Source: Desulfatiglandales bacterium
GTDB lineage: Bacteria > Desulfobacterota > DSM-4660 > Desulfatiglandales > Desulfatiglandaceae
Assembly (NCBI GenBank): GCA_963666345.1
Contig: OY762721.1
Location: 3,264,001 to 3,328,000, forward strand
Reading direction: 5' to 3'
Length of the DNA: 64,000 nucleotides
The translations under genes were made by a program, and so were the position numbers. Under the pieces are notes generated by a model. It saw only the letters and a program-made list of their open reading frames with translations. It was not told the origin of the DNA and made no database searches. How positions within the stretch are numbered: the first letter of the stretch is position 1; each line of letters begins with the position of its first letter. Below, one piece after another: positions 10,876 to 19,281 of this stretch.

Positions 10876-11436
10876 TGTGTGGCATTATGGAGCAATTTCA
10901 GCGTATTTAAGGCTTAAAGGGCACCTGTTGTCAAGCCCTATCGAAATCATTCAAAATATCAGGGATGCTTCTATGGTCGGGTATCGTAAAATATCGATAT
11001 GTTCAAGAGACAAAAGATGTAACTGAAGTTGTGATATGAAAGTGACATGCAGGATAACTGCGTGGTTGTGATACGGATAGGTTGTTAAAGAGGTAAGGGC
11101 GCGCAAAATAATTTTGCCTGGTCAAACATATCAGGAATATTAAACCTGCTAAGAATATTGAAATATCTAAAACCTATGTCAATATGCATGAATAGCTGAA
11201 GATTAAAATATGTTCATATTATAATAAATATGTTATGCTTAAATTGTGTATAGAGCGATATTTAATGTCCAAGCTAAATGTCCTTGGCATTTTTGCAGTA
11301 TCTATTTTGGGATACTTACAGTTCCAGGATTCCAACCTATTGTGAAGATTTTGAAATGTTATGTTATGAGTCATGCAAGAATGTGCGCCATTGAGAAAGC
11401 CATAGAAACATGAAAGTGATGTTTGCCCTGATTTTT

Positions 11437-11759
11437 CCCGATAAACGAGAATTTTTGCGTGATATTACGTCATATTCACCCGATCACCTATGACCAATTA
11501 TCCTTAGATAATAAAAGGGATTTTGGACAGAATAGTATAATATTTCAGTATCTTAAATTGAAACGCAGCCCTATTTTGCACATTTTTAAAGATATTGGTG
11601 CATAATTTCCTGTGTAGAAAAAGATACAAAAATGAAAGAAATTAGCCCGATAAACGAGAATTATTTCCGGATTATTGAATAAACAAGAAGAAATTCACGC
11701 TTTACCAATAAACGGGAAATAATTCTCACTACTCACTCATTATTTTTGAATAAACACCG
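11437..11759 (+). repeat. Direct repeats upstream of the first cassette (candidate attI / IntI-binding region)
   Basis: cccgataaacgagaat at 11437 and 11646; ccaataaacgggaaat at 11705; tgaataaaca at ~11677 and ~11747. Confidence 0.5.
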
Positions 11760-11768
11760 AGGAGTACC

Positions 11769-12035
11769 ATGAGATCAAAAGATGAATTGATTAAAGCGTT
11801 GGGAGCTCTTCACGGGACACCAAATGCTGCAACTTGGGAAGAGGCAAAAGCTGAATTTACAGTATCTTGCCTCAATGACATCGTAAATTCAATGAGCGAA
11901 TTAAATAAAACCATACAAGACAATTCAAAATCGAATGATGCAATCGCTAATAAAGTATTCTGGCTAAACATCGTAATAGCGGCGGCGACTGTTGTTGGTT
12001 CAATTGCGACAGCGGTTATAGCATTTTCAGGGTAG
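11769..12035 (+). CDS. Cassette hypothetical protein (coiled coil plus C-terminal TM helix)
   Basis: GAGGAG RBS; followed by attC. Confidence 0.7.
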   Translation: MRSKDELIKALGALHGTPNAATWEEAKAEFTVSCLNDIVNSMSELNKTIQDNSKSNDAIANKVFWLNIVIAAATVVGSIATAVIAFSG

Positions 12036-12063
12036 TCTTTTATCTCGGTCTTAGAACATTAAA

Positions 12064-12193
12064 AAATAACCAGGCAATTAAGTGCGACTGGCTGTTTTCC
12101 TTGCCGATTGAAATTCAACAGTATCAAAGGTCTTCATACTTTATCGACCATCGGCGCCATTAATCAGCCAGCGCCTTATCGCCGCCGTTGGGC
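12064..12193 (+). other. attC site 1
   Basis: AAATAAC...ggcaattaagtgcgactggctg / cagccagcgccttatcgcc with extrahelical bases...GTTGGGC. Confidence 0.8.
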
Positions 12194-12211
12194 TAAATAC
12201 GAAGGAGAAAG

Positions 12212-13114
12212 ATGAAAAAAATATTTACCATAATGCCTTTCTCTCATGAATTTCGGCAAGTCTACTCAGTGATACAAGCGGCGGCAATGGAAGCAAGCAT
12301 GTCGTTAGGTGATCAAATTGAAATTATGCAAGCAGATGAATCTATTTCCTCAAAGCCAATTGTTCAAACGGTTCTTTCAAGTCTGGATGAAGCGGACTTG
12401 ATAATTGCAGACCTTTCCCATTCTAGGCCAAATGTACTGTATGAACTTGGTGTGGCACACGGAAGGGAAAAACCAGTAATCCTGATAGGCCAAGGGTCAG
12501 ATTCGAGTATTTTTGATATTGCATCATTTTATACCTTAATTTATGACTCAACACGCATCGAGACATCATTTAAACGAAAGTTGTTTAAACAAATTATCGA
12601 TGCCATTAGTAACCCTGAAAAATTTAGCCATCCGTTCTACCGTCAAGAGCAGGGCGATATTCAAAAACCGACAGTTTTTGTTAGTTACAGTCACGCTGAT
12701 GCAGGAAGCCTTACCCGACTTCAAGTCCATTTGAGACCACTTGAAAAAGAAAACCAAATAGAGCTATGGGACGATACCAGAATTGTAGCTGGTGCTAAAT
12801 GGAAAGAAGAAATAGAGGCAGCACTGGAAAAAGCTGCAATTGCTGTATTGCTAATTAGTGCCGATTTTCTAGCATCAGACTTTGTTGTAGATAACGAATT
12901 GCCACCATTACTTCAAGCTGCAGAAGAAAAAGGTACTACAATATTGTCAGTAATATTAAAGCCCTGTCGTTTTTCGCGCGATAAAAATCTCTCTATATTT
13001 CAGGCGATTAATGACCCAAGAAAACCATTGCTTAGCCAGCCAGAACCAGAGCAGGAAGAAATGTATGCTAAGCTGGCAGAAAGAATAGAAAATGAAATCA
13101 ATGCATCAGCTTAG
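12212..13114 (+). CDS. Nucleoside 2-deoxyribosyltransferase-like domain fused to a TIR domain
   Basis: N-terminal IMPF...ADLIIADLS...PNVLYELGVAHG; C-terminal VFVSYSHAD...LWDD...LLISADFLASDF...NELPPLL. Confidence 0.8.
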   Translation: MKKIFTIMPFSHEFRQVYSVIQAAAMEASMSLGDQIEIMQADESISSKPIVQTVLSSLDEADLIIADLSHSRPNVLYELGVAHGREKPVILIGQGSDSSIFDIASFYTLIYDSTRIETSFKRKLFKQIIDAISNPEKFSHPFYRQEQGDIQKPTVFVSYSHADAGSLTRLQVHLRPLEKENQIELWDDTRIVAGAKWKEEIEAALEKAAIAVLLISADFLASDFVVDNELPPLLQAAEEKGTTILSVILKPCRFSRDKNLSIFQAINDPRKPLLSQPEPEQEEMYAKLAERIENEINASA

Positions 13115-13203
13115 TCTGACAATCTCGTTCAGCGGGTAGCGGAAACGTCGGCCAAGATGATGCGGTAAGTTCGGGGCGCCACTTTTGACGAAAAGGGTTG
13201 GGC
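13114..13203 (+). other. attC site 2 (degenerate)
   Basis: GTCTGAC overlapping the stop codon...GTTGGGC; this R' is complementary to GCCCAAC closing the next cassette; inner arms pair poorly. Confidence 0.55.
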
Positions 13204-13219
13204 AAAAGAAGGATTCCAA

Positions 13220-14008
13220 ATGGATACTGCTTTAGGTAATAGACTCATTCAACTCCGTGCTCGAATCGTAGATGGTTTCGATGGAGGTAATTGGGAGGAA
13301 CTCGGGCTGCTTACCGGCACATCGGAATTAATTAATGGTCATCCCCGCCTTTTGAGAAGCCTCTCATGGGGTGATGAAGATTACGCTGGCAACGTTTTAA
13401 CTGTACTGAGGCGGATTGTTGAGCAGGACCCACGAACCTTGACAATCATCGAGAACTACATGGACGAGCACTTTCCAGGGGAATCAACTTACGTATCAGC
13501 CAAACCAGCTGAAAAGCGCATTACATTCGCGCCTTATGTTTTTGAAGTCCCAGATGGGTATGTTGAACTGGACCTGGTTTCCGTAATGATGCCTTTCTCA
13601 GCTGAGTTCACACCGGTATATGAGGCAATTAAACGGGCCACATCAAATTGTCGGCTTCGATGTTTACGCGCGGATGACATTTGGGAAGAGAGTACGATTG
13701 TACAAGATATCTTCAATATTATATTTCGCGCTCAGGTTGTAATTGTTGACTTTACAGGAAAGAACCCGAATGTGATGTATGAGACTGGAATCGCTCATAC
13801 ACTGGGAAAACATGTGATCCCGATTTCTCAATCACTGAACGATGTCCCTTTCGATATGCGCCATCACAGGGTATTGAAATATCTTCCTAACGCTGAAGGT
13901 CTATCAAAACTTTCGACAGATTTAGCTAAAAAACTACGACAAGTGAGTGTTGGCCCTCCATTGTCAACGCTTCCATTAAAGAGTCCAGATGCCGATACAC
14001 CATTTTAA
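13220..14008 (+). CDS. Helical N-terminal domain plus NDT-like domain protein
   Basis: VMMPF...LRADDIW...VVIVDFTGKNPNVMYETGIAHTLGK...VPFDMRHHR. Confidence 0.75.
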   Translation: MDTALGNRLIQLRARIVDGFDGGNWEELGLLTGTSELINGHPRLLRSLSWGDEDYAGNVLTVLRRIVEQDPRTLTIIENYMDEHFPGESTYVSAKPAEKRITFAPYVFEVPDGYVELDLVSVMMPFSAEFTPVYEAIKRATSNCRLRCLRADDIWEESTIVQDIFNIIFRAQVVIVDFTGKNPNVMYETGIAHTLGKHVIPISQSLNDVPFDMRHHRVLKYLPNAEGLSKLSTDLAKKLRQVSVGPPLSTLPLKSPDADTPF

Positions 14009-14012
14009 CAGC

Positions 14013-14077
14013 GCCCAACAATCGGATGAACTTGAGCGGGCAAAACGACGCGCCCGCCAAGTTACCCGTACAATGGC
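14013..14077 (+). other. attC site 3 (R' box disrupted)
   Basis: GCCCAAC; cggatgaacttgagcgggc / gcccgccaagttacccg with two extrahelical bases; no GTT at the expected position. Confidence 0.7.
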
Positions 14078-14147
14078 GCAGGACGCTCCGCGCCTACGCC
14101 ATTGGCCCCGCGCATTATCACCCGAATGCTGTCCGGCGCTTCGCGCC

Positions 14148-14230
14148 GACCATCAAGCGGCTGCAACGACGGTCGCCCACGCGAGAAAACTCGTGCGTTC
14201 GCCCGCCGCTGATCCGCGGGGCCGTTCGGT
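14148..14230 (+). other. attC site 4 (closes a gene-less segment)
   Basis: gcggctgcaacgacgg / ccgccgctgatccgc arms; GTTCGGT; R'' degenerate. Confidence 0.65.
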
Positions 14231-14259
14231 AACAACAGGCACAAAACCATCTGGAGTTT

Positions 14260-14940
14260 ATGATGTCATGGGATGACTATCACTATTATCAACAAGAAGC
14301 CGCCATGGAAGAATTTCTTGAGCACGAGTTGCGTCGGATTTCCGAAGAGCCAGTGTTTTATTATTTAGCGGCATATGGTGATGCGATCGAAGAGCGCGTT
14401 AAACGCTGCCTAGATCAGGCACAATCCTTGAGTGACAGGGGATACCCTGGTGCTGCTCTCACTCGTGCTGCATCAGGGATTGAAGTAACAATTCGGTTTT
14501 TTTTAGCGCGTCCTCTGGTTCAAGGTGCATTTTTATCGGACGAATGGGCAGAGCTTTTATCTCGGAAATTGTTACACGGCCGTACTGCAGATGACAGAGA
14601 ATTACTCCCTGCCATCCTCCGCAACTGGAAAATGGATATAACCAGTATCAAGTTGTCGGATGGGTCTCAAGCATGGGAACAGATAGTTAAAAAAGTGTGG
14701 CCGAGCCGCAATAGCTATGTGCACAAAGCTGACGACACTTCGAATGAAGACGCTCTTCTTGCTATTGAGTGCCTGAAGATCTTGCTCTCTCAGGTGGTAG
14801 ATCCGATCGCAAAGAAACTTGGTTTCACGCGAGAACAGACTGGGTGTTGGTCAATAGTCAATGTGGAGAATCCCCCGGATTTTCCACATCTAAATTCTCC
14901 ACGGACTTATACCCGACAAGACCCGTTCCTGCCATTGTAA
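14260..14940 (+). CDS. Putative HEPN-domain protein
   Basis: Helical; AALTRAASGIE N-terminal motif and RNSYVH (Rx4H) motif; GGAG RBS. Confidence 0.6.
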   Translation: MMSWDDYHYYQQEAAMEEFLEHELRRISEEPVFYYLAAYGDAIEERVKRCLDQAQSLSDRGYPGAALTRAASGIEVTIRFFLARPLVQGAFLSDEWAELLSRKLLHGRTADDRELLPAILRNWKMDITSIKLSDGSQAWEQIVKKVWPSRNSYVHKADDTSNEDALLAIECLKILLSQVVDPIAKKLGFTREQTGCWSIVNVENPPDFPHLNSPRTYTRQDPFLPL

Positions 14941-14945
14941 GGATG

Positions 14946-15068
14946 GCACAACCATCGGGTGAACTTGAGCGGGTATAAATTGCGGTTGGCGTATTGGGCC
15001 GATTGGCCATTAGATTGGCTTTATATCAAATATTTTCTGAGCAACCCGCGAAGTTACCCGTAACGTTA
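14946..15068 (+). other. attC site 5 (R' split by the group II intron)
   Basis: GCACAAC...cgggtgaacttgagcgggt / acccgcgaagttacccg...GTTA|intron|GGC. Confidence 0.85.
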
Positions 15069-15840
15069 GCGCGCTAAGCGAAGCTAGGTGCATCTTGCAG
15101 GGTTAAAGTCCCTGTCGGGTAAGGGTTAGCCACCCACCCGTATCGAGTGTTGCGCCTGTGGAGGAGACGTGCGAAGCATGTCGAACAAAACAGGTGAAGC
15201 GTACACAGAGAATCATGCAGGCTGTAGGGGAGACCGTGCTCCCTGAAGTGCTGGTATCGCTTCGAGAAAAGCTTGTTCCCGGTCGCCGAGGGTTGTAACG
15301 CACGCCGAACGCAATACAAGATCATCCGTTAAAGGCGAGGATGTGAAGGACCGGCGGAGTTCTCAAGCCGTAGCATGTATGAAGAGATGTACACAAGAAC
15401 TTGGGAGGCCCACTCGACTCCTGAGGTAAATATGGGATGACGATATTGAGGCACGAAGGGGAAACCCGGACACAGGACTATGCGTAGCCCTAAGTTTGAC
15501 CTAAAGCAGGAAGGGGGACCGAAGCGGAAGTGGAGAAACCCTGGTCGTGTGGGAGTCGGATCAGGCATAGTACTCTGAGCGTGGGAAAGCCACGTACACG
15601 CCTTTACTAGGCATGGGGAAGGACCTGACGGAAGTACGCAGCCCGCAAAGGAAACTTATGCCGGACACGCAGGATCGGATTAACATAAGCAAACCTCACT
15701 GTGGGGAATAGCAATGCAGGAATTTAAACGTTAATTAAATTCGCTGTCACGGAAGCGAGTACAACCGAGGAGCCCCGTGAGGGAAAACTTCATGCGGGGA
15801 TCTGTGTGTGTGGCCGGGTAACCAGCATTCCTACCACGAC
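15069..15840 (+). mobile_element. ORF-less group II intron
   Basis: 5' GCGCG (GUGYG-like); domain V gagccccgtgagggaaaacttcatgcggggatc (15770-15802); domain VI ending cctAccacgAC; probable RT start remnant QTSLWGIA at 15690. Confidence 0.9.
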
Positions 15841-15967
15841 GGCTGGCTGAGAAAGTGATATTTATTTTTTTGGTGTAGCAACACATACTTGCGACGAGGT
15901 TGCACTTCGATTTTGGCAAAAAATCAAAACAGGCTTTATAAACAACATAGCCTTTGAGGAGGTAAGA

Positions 15968-16231
15968 ATGGGCGATAGCGCAGGGAAAGCAAGAATTTTA
16001 GAAAAAAAAGGCTTTTCTTATCATTTCAGTAGAATGATTTACATAAACAGTGAAAAGAGAAAGGTTTTTAGTCACGAAGCTATTGACGACAATCCTGTTA
16101 GCTGGCTCGAAGAAAAGATTAACGAAGCAAGCGACCCAAACGATTGGCAATTTTATTTTAACGAAACCATAGATGAAGAAATCAAACGTGACGTCTTGAG
16201 AGAAATAGCTCCAACCTATGTGAGGGGTTGA
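15968..16231 (+). CDS. Hypothetical protein (candidate antitoxin or partner of the downstream SAS-like gene)
   Basis: GAGGAGGT RBS; stop codon abuts the next ORF. Confidence 0.7.
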   Translation: MGDSAGKARILEKKGFSYHFSRMIYINSEKRKVFSHEAIDDNPVSWLEEKINEASDPNDWQFYFNETIDEEIKRDVLREIAPTYVRG

Positions 16232-16881
16232 GAAACATGGATCGAGAGATACGAAATAACTTAAGGGATGAATATTTTAGGCTTCTGCCAAATATAAGAA
16301 AAATACTCGAAGAGATGGAAGCTACTATAAGCTATGCACTTGTTTCAATAAAGAAGAAACTAAAAAACCATGAACATATAGAATTGCAGTCAAGAGTAAA
16401 AGATTGTGAAAGCGCAATAAACGCGCTCAGGCCACCAGGAGGAAAATTTTCGCCAGCTAAGGCTGGGGAATATTCATTGGTCAAATTAGAAGACCTTGCC
16501 GGTGTGAGAGTCTTGGTATTTCCACGACGACTTATTGAAGAGGTCGATCAACAAATATCAATGTCTTTGCCTGGTTGGACCCATAAGCCAATTAAACGTG
16601 ATAATGCTTCAGAAGAAATATTGGTGAACAAATATTTCGGACACATAGACACTAAAAATGAAATTTATGGTGAATATCAAATTGCACCTATGTTGTTAGG
16701 ATTATTTTGGCAAGTTGAGCACGCAGTTCTTTATAAACCCAGTTCTATACTAAAAGGTATTGAGACAGATTTTTTAATTCAAGCAAAGAGAGAGGCTATT
16801 TACACGGCATTTGATGAATTTGAAAAACGATTTGAAGATATGGTCACTTTGAATATTGAAAAGGGTTATTACAAGACATAG
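16228..16881 (+). CDS. Divergent RelA/SpoT-domain (small alarmone synthetase-like) protein; start may be ATG 16237
   Basis: SRVKDCESA, LEDLAGVRV, EYQI, WQVEHAVLYKP motifs. Confidence 0.7.
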   Translation: MRNMDREIRNNLRDEYFRLLPNIRKILEEMEATISYALVSIKKKLKNHEHIELQSRVKDCESAINALRPPGGKFSPAKAGEYSLVKLEDLAGVRVLVFPRRLIEEVDQQISMSLPGWTHKPIKRDNASEEILVNKYFGHIDTKNEIYGEYQIAPMLLGLFWQVEHAVLYKPSSILKGIETDFLIQAKREAIYTAFDEFEKRFEDMVTLNIEKGYYKT

Positions 16882-16980
16882 AAATGCGATTTCTAATATA
16901 AATCTCGATTGTTTGTATATGAAATGACAAATTTGATATCTTATTTTATCGCATATTTGTAACGCTTAAATCTGTTTTTT

Positions 16981-17052
16981 GCCCAACAAAGGCGTGAACC
17001 AGATTCGAAAAAGCTATCGTTTTTTTCGTCCTGGTTATGCTTGGTGTTCCAT
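16981..17052 (+). other. attC site 6
   Basis: GCCCAAC...aggcgtgaaccag / ctggttatgctt...GTTCCAT. Confidence 0.75.
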
Positions 17053-17557
17053 GATAATTATCCAAGCATTGATTTGTGATTGCCTAAAAATGTCAATGAT
17101 ACCTCTTAGATACATAATTAGAAATCTGGAGCTAGAGACTTGCTGAAAATGCAAGAAACCATGAGTTCCGGATATCTAAAAGAACGTGATAAAGAGGATG
17201 ATTTATGCCTAGGTCCTGAACCTAGGAGGCAATGGAGCCAAGAGCTCGTTGGACGACTTGTGAAGGTGAAACGATGGTGTCTTATATAGAAACCATCTAT
17301 CACTCCTCCCTAAGGGTTGAAAACTGCTTAATTGCTTGTAATGCCAAAGTTTATGCCAGTTCAAAGAAGGGATGTTATGCCACGATTTTGCAATATATAG
17401 GTGTTATGAAGTAACTATATAAACATTGTTACATTTCACAACAAATGTCAAAAATTAAACAGATTTAAAGTTTGAAGTAAAATAAACCCACCCATTAAAT
17501 TCTCAATCGATAAGGTTCAACAAAATAAGTGTCATTACAAAATTTGCGGAGTGACCA

Positions 17558-18490
17558 ATGCTGATTAAAATATTAAAGATTTTACCTCCTTCCATTTCAT
17601 ATTTTTCGTTCTACGCTATCATAAGTATTGCGATGTTTTTTCGGTTTTTATTCTCGTCAGTTTATGGAGCCTTATCTCTTTCTATATGTTTGTATTATTA
17701 TTTTAAATTGGCGACATCTTCACCTCCTTTTTCTGCGTTAGAGTTGCTTGACTGGTCTATATCTCTTTCACCAGCATATAAAACAGCAATTCTGACTTCC
17801 TCCATAACGATATCTGGATTTGCTGTAGCGTTCCACACCGCTACAATAAATTGGCGGAATCAAATGAAAGCCCAGTTGAAATCTCAGGCTGCCAATGAGG
17901 TAGAAAATTTTTTTGCTTTTGTTGCTCAAAATATAAACACAACCACGATTTATATAAAATCATTAATCAAAATCGTTAACGACATCCAAAAAGAAGACTC
18001 CACTATAGAATCGATTGGGTTTTCAATTGGTTACGCCCAAGGTAAAGCACAAGAGTTTTTAGATGCGAGAAATGCTTTATCCCAAGCGTCTGTCGATGTT
18101 CATAGACTTATTGGGAAGAATTACGGTCTGTTAACATCAAGTTTTGGGCAGTTACCGCTACTTCAAAATGCTGCGAGTTCACTAACTCATATTGCGAATA
18201 AGATGTGGGTTCATATACCTATTGTCGATCTGAACAGTGATGCATATATACAGTCATTTCTTAATCAAGCAAATATGACAGAATATAAAAATTTTATTGA
18301 GACGTGTAAAAATAATGAGATTAAGATGTTCGGTCTGTCAGGTGGTGTGCAAGGCGCTTTAAATTCACCGATAATAGGTTTTTCATTCCCTCAGTTTGTT
18401 CACCTTGTTTCAAAAAAGAAAGAATTTAAAAAATATATTAGAGGACTGCATGGGCAGCTTAATGATAATGTCGAAAAAAACAAAACGTAA
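17558..18490 (+). CDS. Hypothetical membrane protein (N-terminal TM helices, helical C-terminal region)
   Basis: 310-aa AT-rich ORF with GGAG RBS, upstream of attC 7. Confidence 0.7.
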   Translation: MLIKILKILPPSISYFSFYAIISIAMFFRFLFSSVYGALSLSICLYYYFKLATSSPPFSALELLDWSISLSPAYKTAILTSSITISGFAVAFHTATINWRNQMKAQLKSQAANEVENFFAFVAQNINTTTIYIKSLIKIVNDIQKEDSTIESIGFSIGYAQGKAQEFLDARNALSQASVDVHRLIGKNYGLLTSSFGQLPLLQNAASSLTHIANKMWVHIPIVDLNSDAYIQSFLNQANMTEYKNFIETCKNNEIKMFGLSGGVQGALNSPIIGFSFPQFVHLVSKKKEFKKYIRGLHGQLNDNVEKNKT

Positions 18491-18530
18491 CATATCAAAA
18501 ATTTGATTTCTCACTTTCTACGACCTTGAA

Positions 18531-18624
18531 ATGTAACAAATCGTTGCAGCAGACCGCTTGGGGCGGCGTTCCTTGACCCAGTGCCCTCCTTGCAGTCGGT
18601 GGCCCCTGAACTCAACCGTTAACA
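18531..18624 (+). other. attC site 7
   Basis: ATGTAAC aaatcgttgcagcagacc...ggcccctgaactcaacc GTTAACA. Confidence 0.7.
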
Positions 18625-18971
18625 ATCATTATCCCTATCTAAAAGTTCAGATCAGCCATAAAAAGCAACAATGCCAAAGGTAAACACAAGAGACTCGCGA
18701 CTTTATTTTGTGGACCATTGATTGACCTGACGGGGATTACTGTTTCGTATCACAGCTGTATCCGGAACTCTGAAAATCTATTGAGGGGGTCGGAAAATGA
18801 ACAAAATGTGGCGGTGTGCTCCATCGATATGATATTTTCAGCCTTGATACGGCATGCACTGTTACTCTTGGGCACAGGGGTCTGCCTGACGGTGGAGGAT
18901 TATTTTTTGATTTTCCGATGCACATCTCGCGTTTACCTTTATCGTAAGAACCTCAATATTTCAGAATATAT

Positions 18972-19006
18972 TTGACAAAACCGCCAATCCTGACTAGACT
19001 GACTAG
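18972..19006 (+). promoter_or_regulatory. Sigma70 promoter with probable operator for the TA operon
   Basis: TTGACA-17 bp-TAGACT overlapping a tandem ctgactag repeat. Confidence 0.65.
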
Positions 19007-19029
19007 TGTTAACTAATGGGGGAGGTAAA

Positions 19030-19281
19030 ATGAGGACAACATGGAAATTGCAGGATGCCAAGGCTAAATTCAGCAAAGTCGTTGAGGATGCATTAAAGAT
19101 AGGCCCGCAATTTGTGACTCGCAGGGGCAAAAAGGCAGTGGTTGTGGTCTCTGTGGAGGAATACGAGGAACTCATTTCAACCAAACCGTCTTTCAAGGAA
19201 TTTCTGCTTGGTTGCCCGAAGATGGGGAATGATTTTGAGCTTGAACGGAAAAAGGATCTTCCAAGGAGTATCCAATTTTGA
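19030..19281 (+). CDS. Phd/YefM family antitoxin
   Basis: WKLQDAKAKFSKVV...GPQFVTRRGKKAVVVVS; GGAGG RBS before ATG 19030. Confidence 0.9.
   Translation: MRTTWKLQDAKAKFSKVVEDALKIGPQFVTRRGKKAVVVVSVEEYEELISTKPSFKEFLLGCPKMGNDFELERKKDLPRSIQF

Larger units (their letters stand above)
11769..18624 (+). mobile_element. Integron gene-cassette array with no integrase in the window (CALIN-like)
   Basis: Co-oriented ORFs, mostly each followed by an RYYYAAC...GTTRRRY-like imperfect palindrome; mostly AT-rich relative to flanks. Confidence 0.85.

Noticed and set aside
10880..11760. Integron integrase gene
   Set aside because: No ORF of 60 aa or more and no tyrosine recombinase motifs seen on either strand.
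11437..11760. CRISPR array
   Set aside because: Repeats are short, degenerate and irregularly spaced, and no cas genes are present.
13989..14276. Short ORFs over the attC3-attC4 region
   Set aside because: They are a by-product of GC-rich palindromic DNA and show no protein-like features.
15074..15919. Minus-strand ORFs inside the intron
   Set aside because: They are antisense to structured ribozyme sequence and contain no RT motifs.
17160..17320. Retron msr-msd
   Set aside because: No reverse transcriptase is present anywhere in the window.
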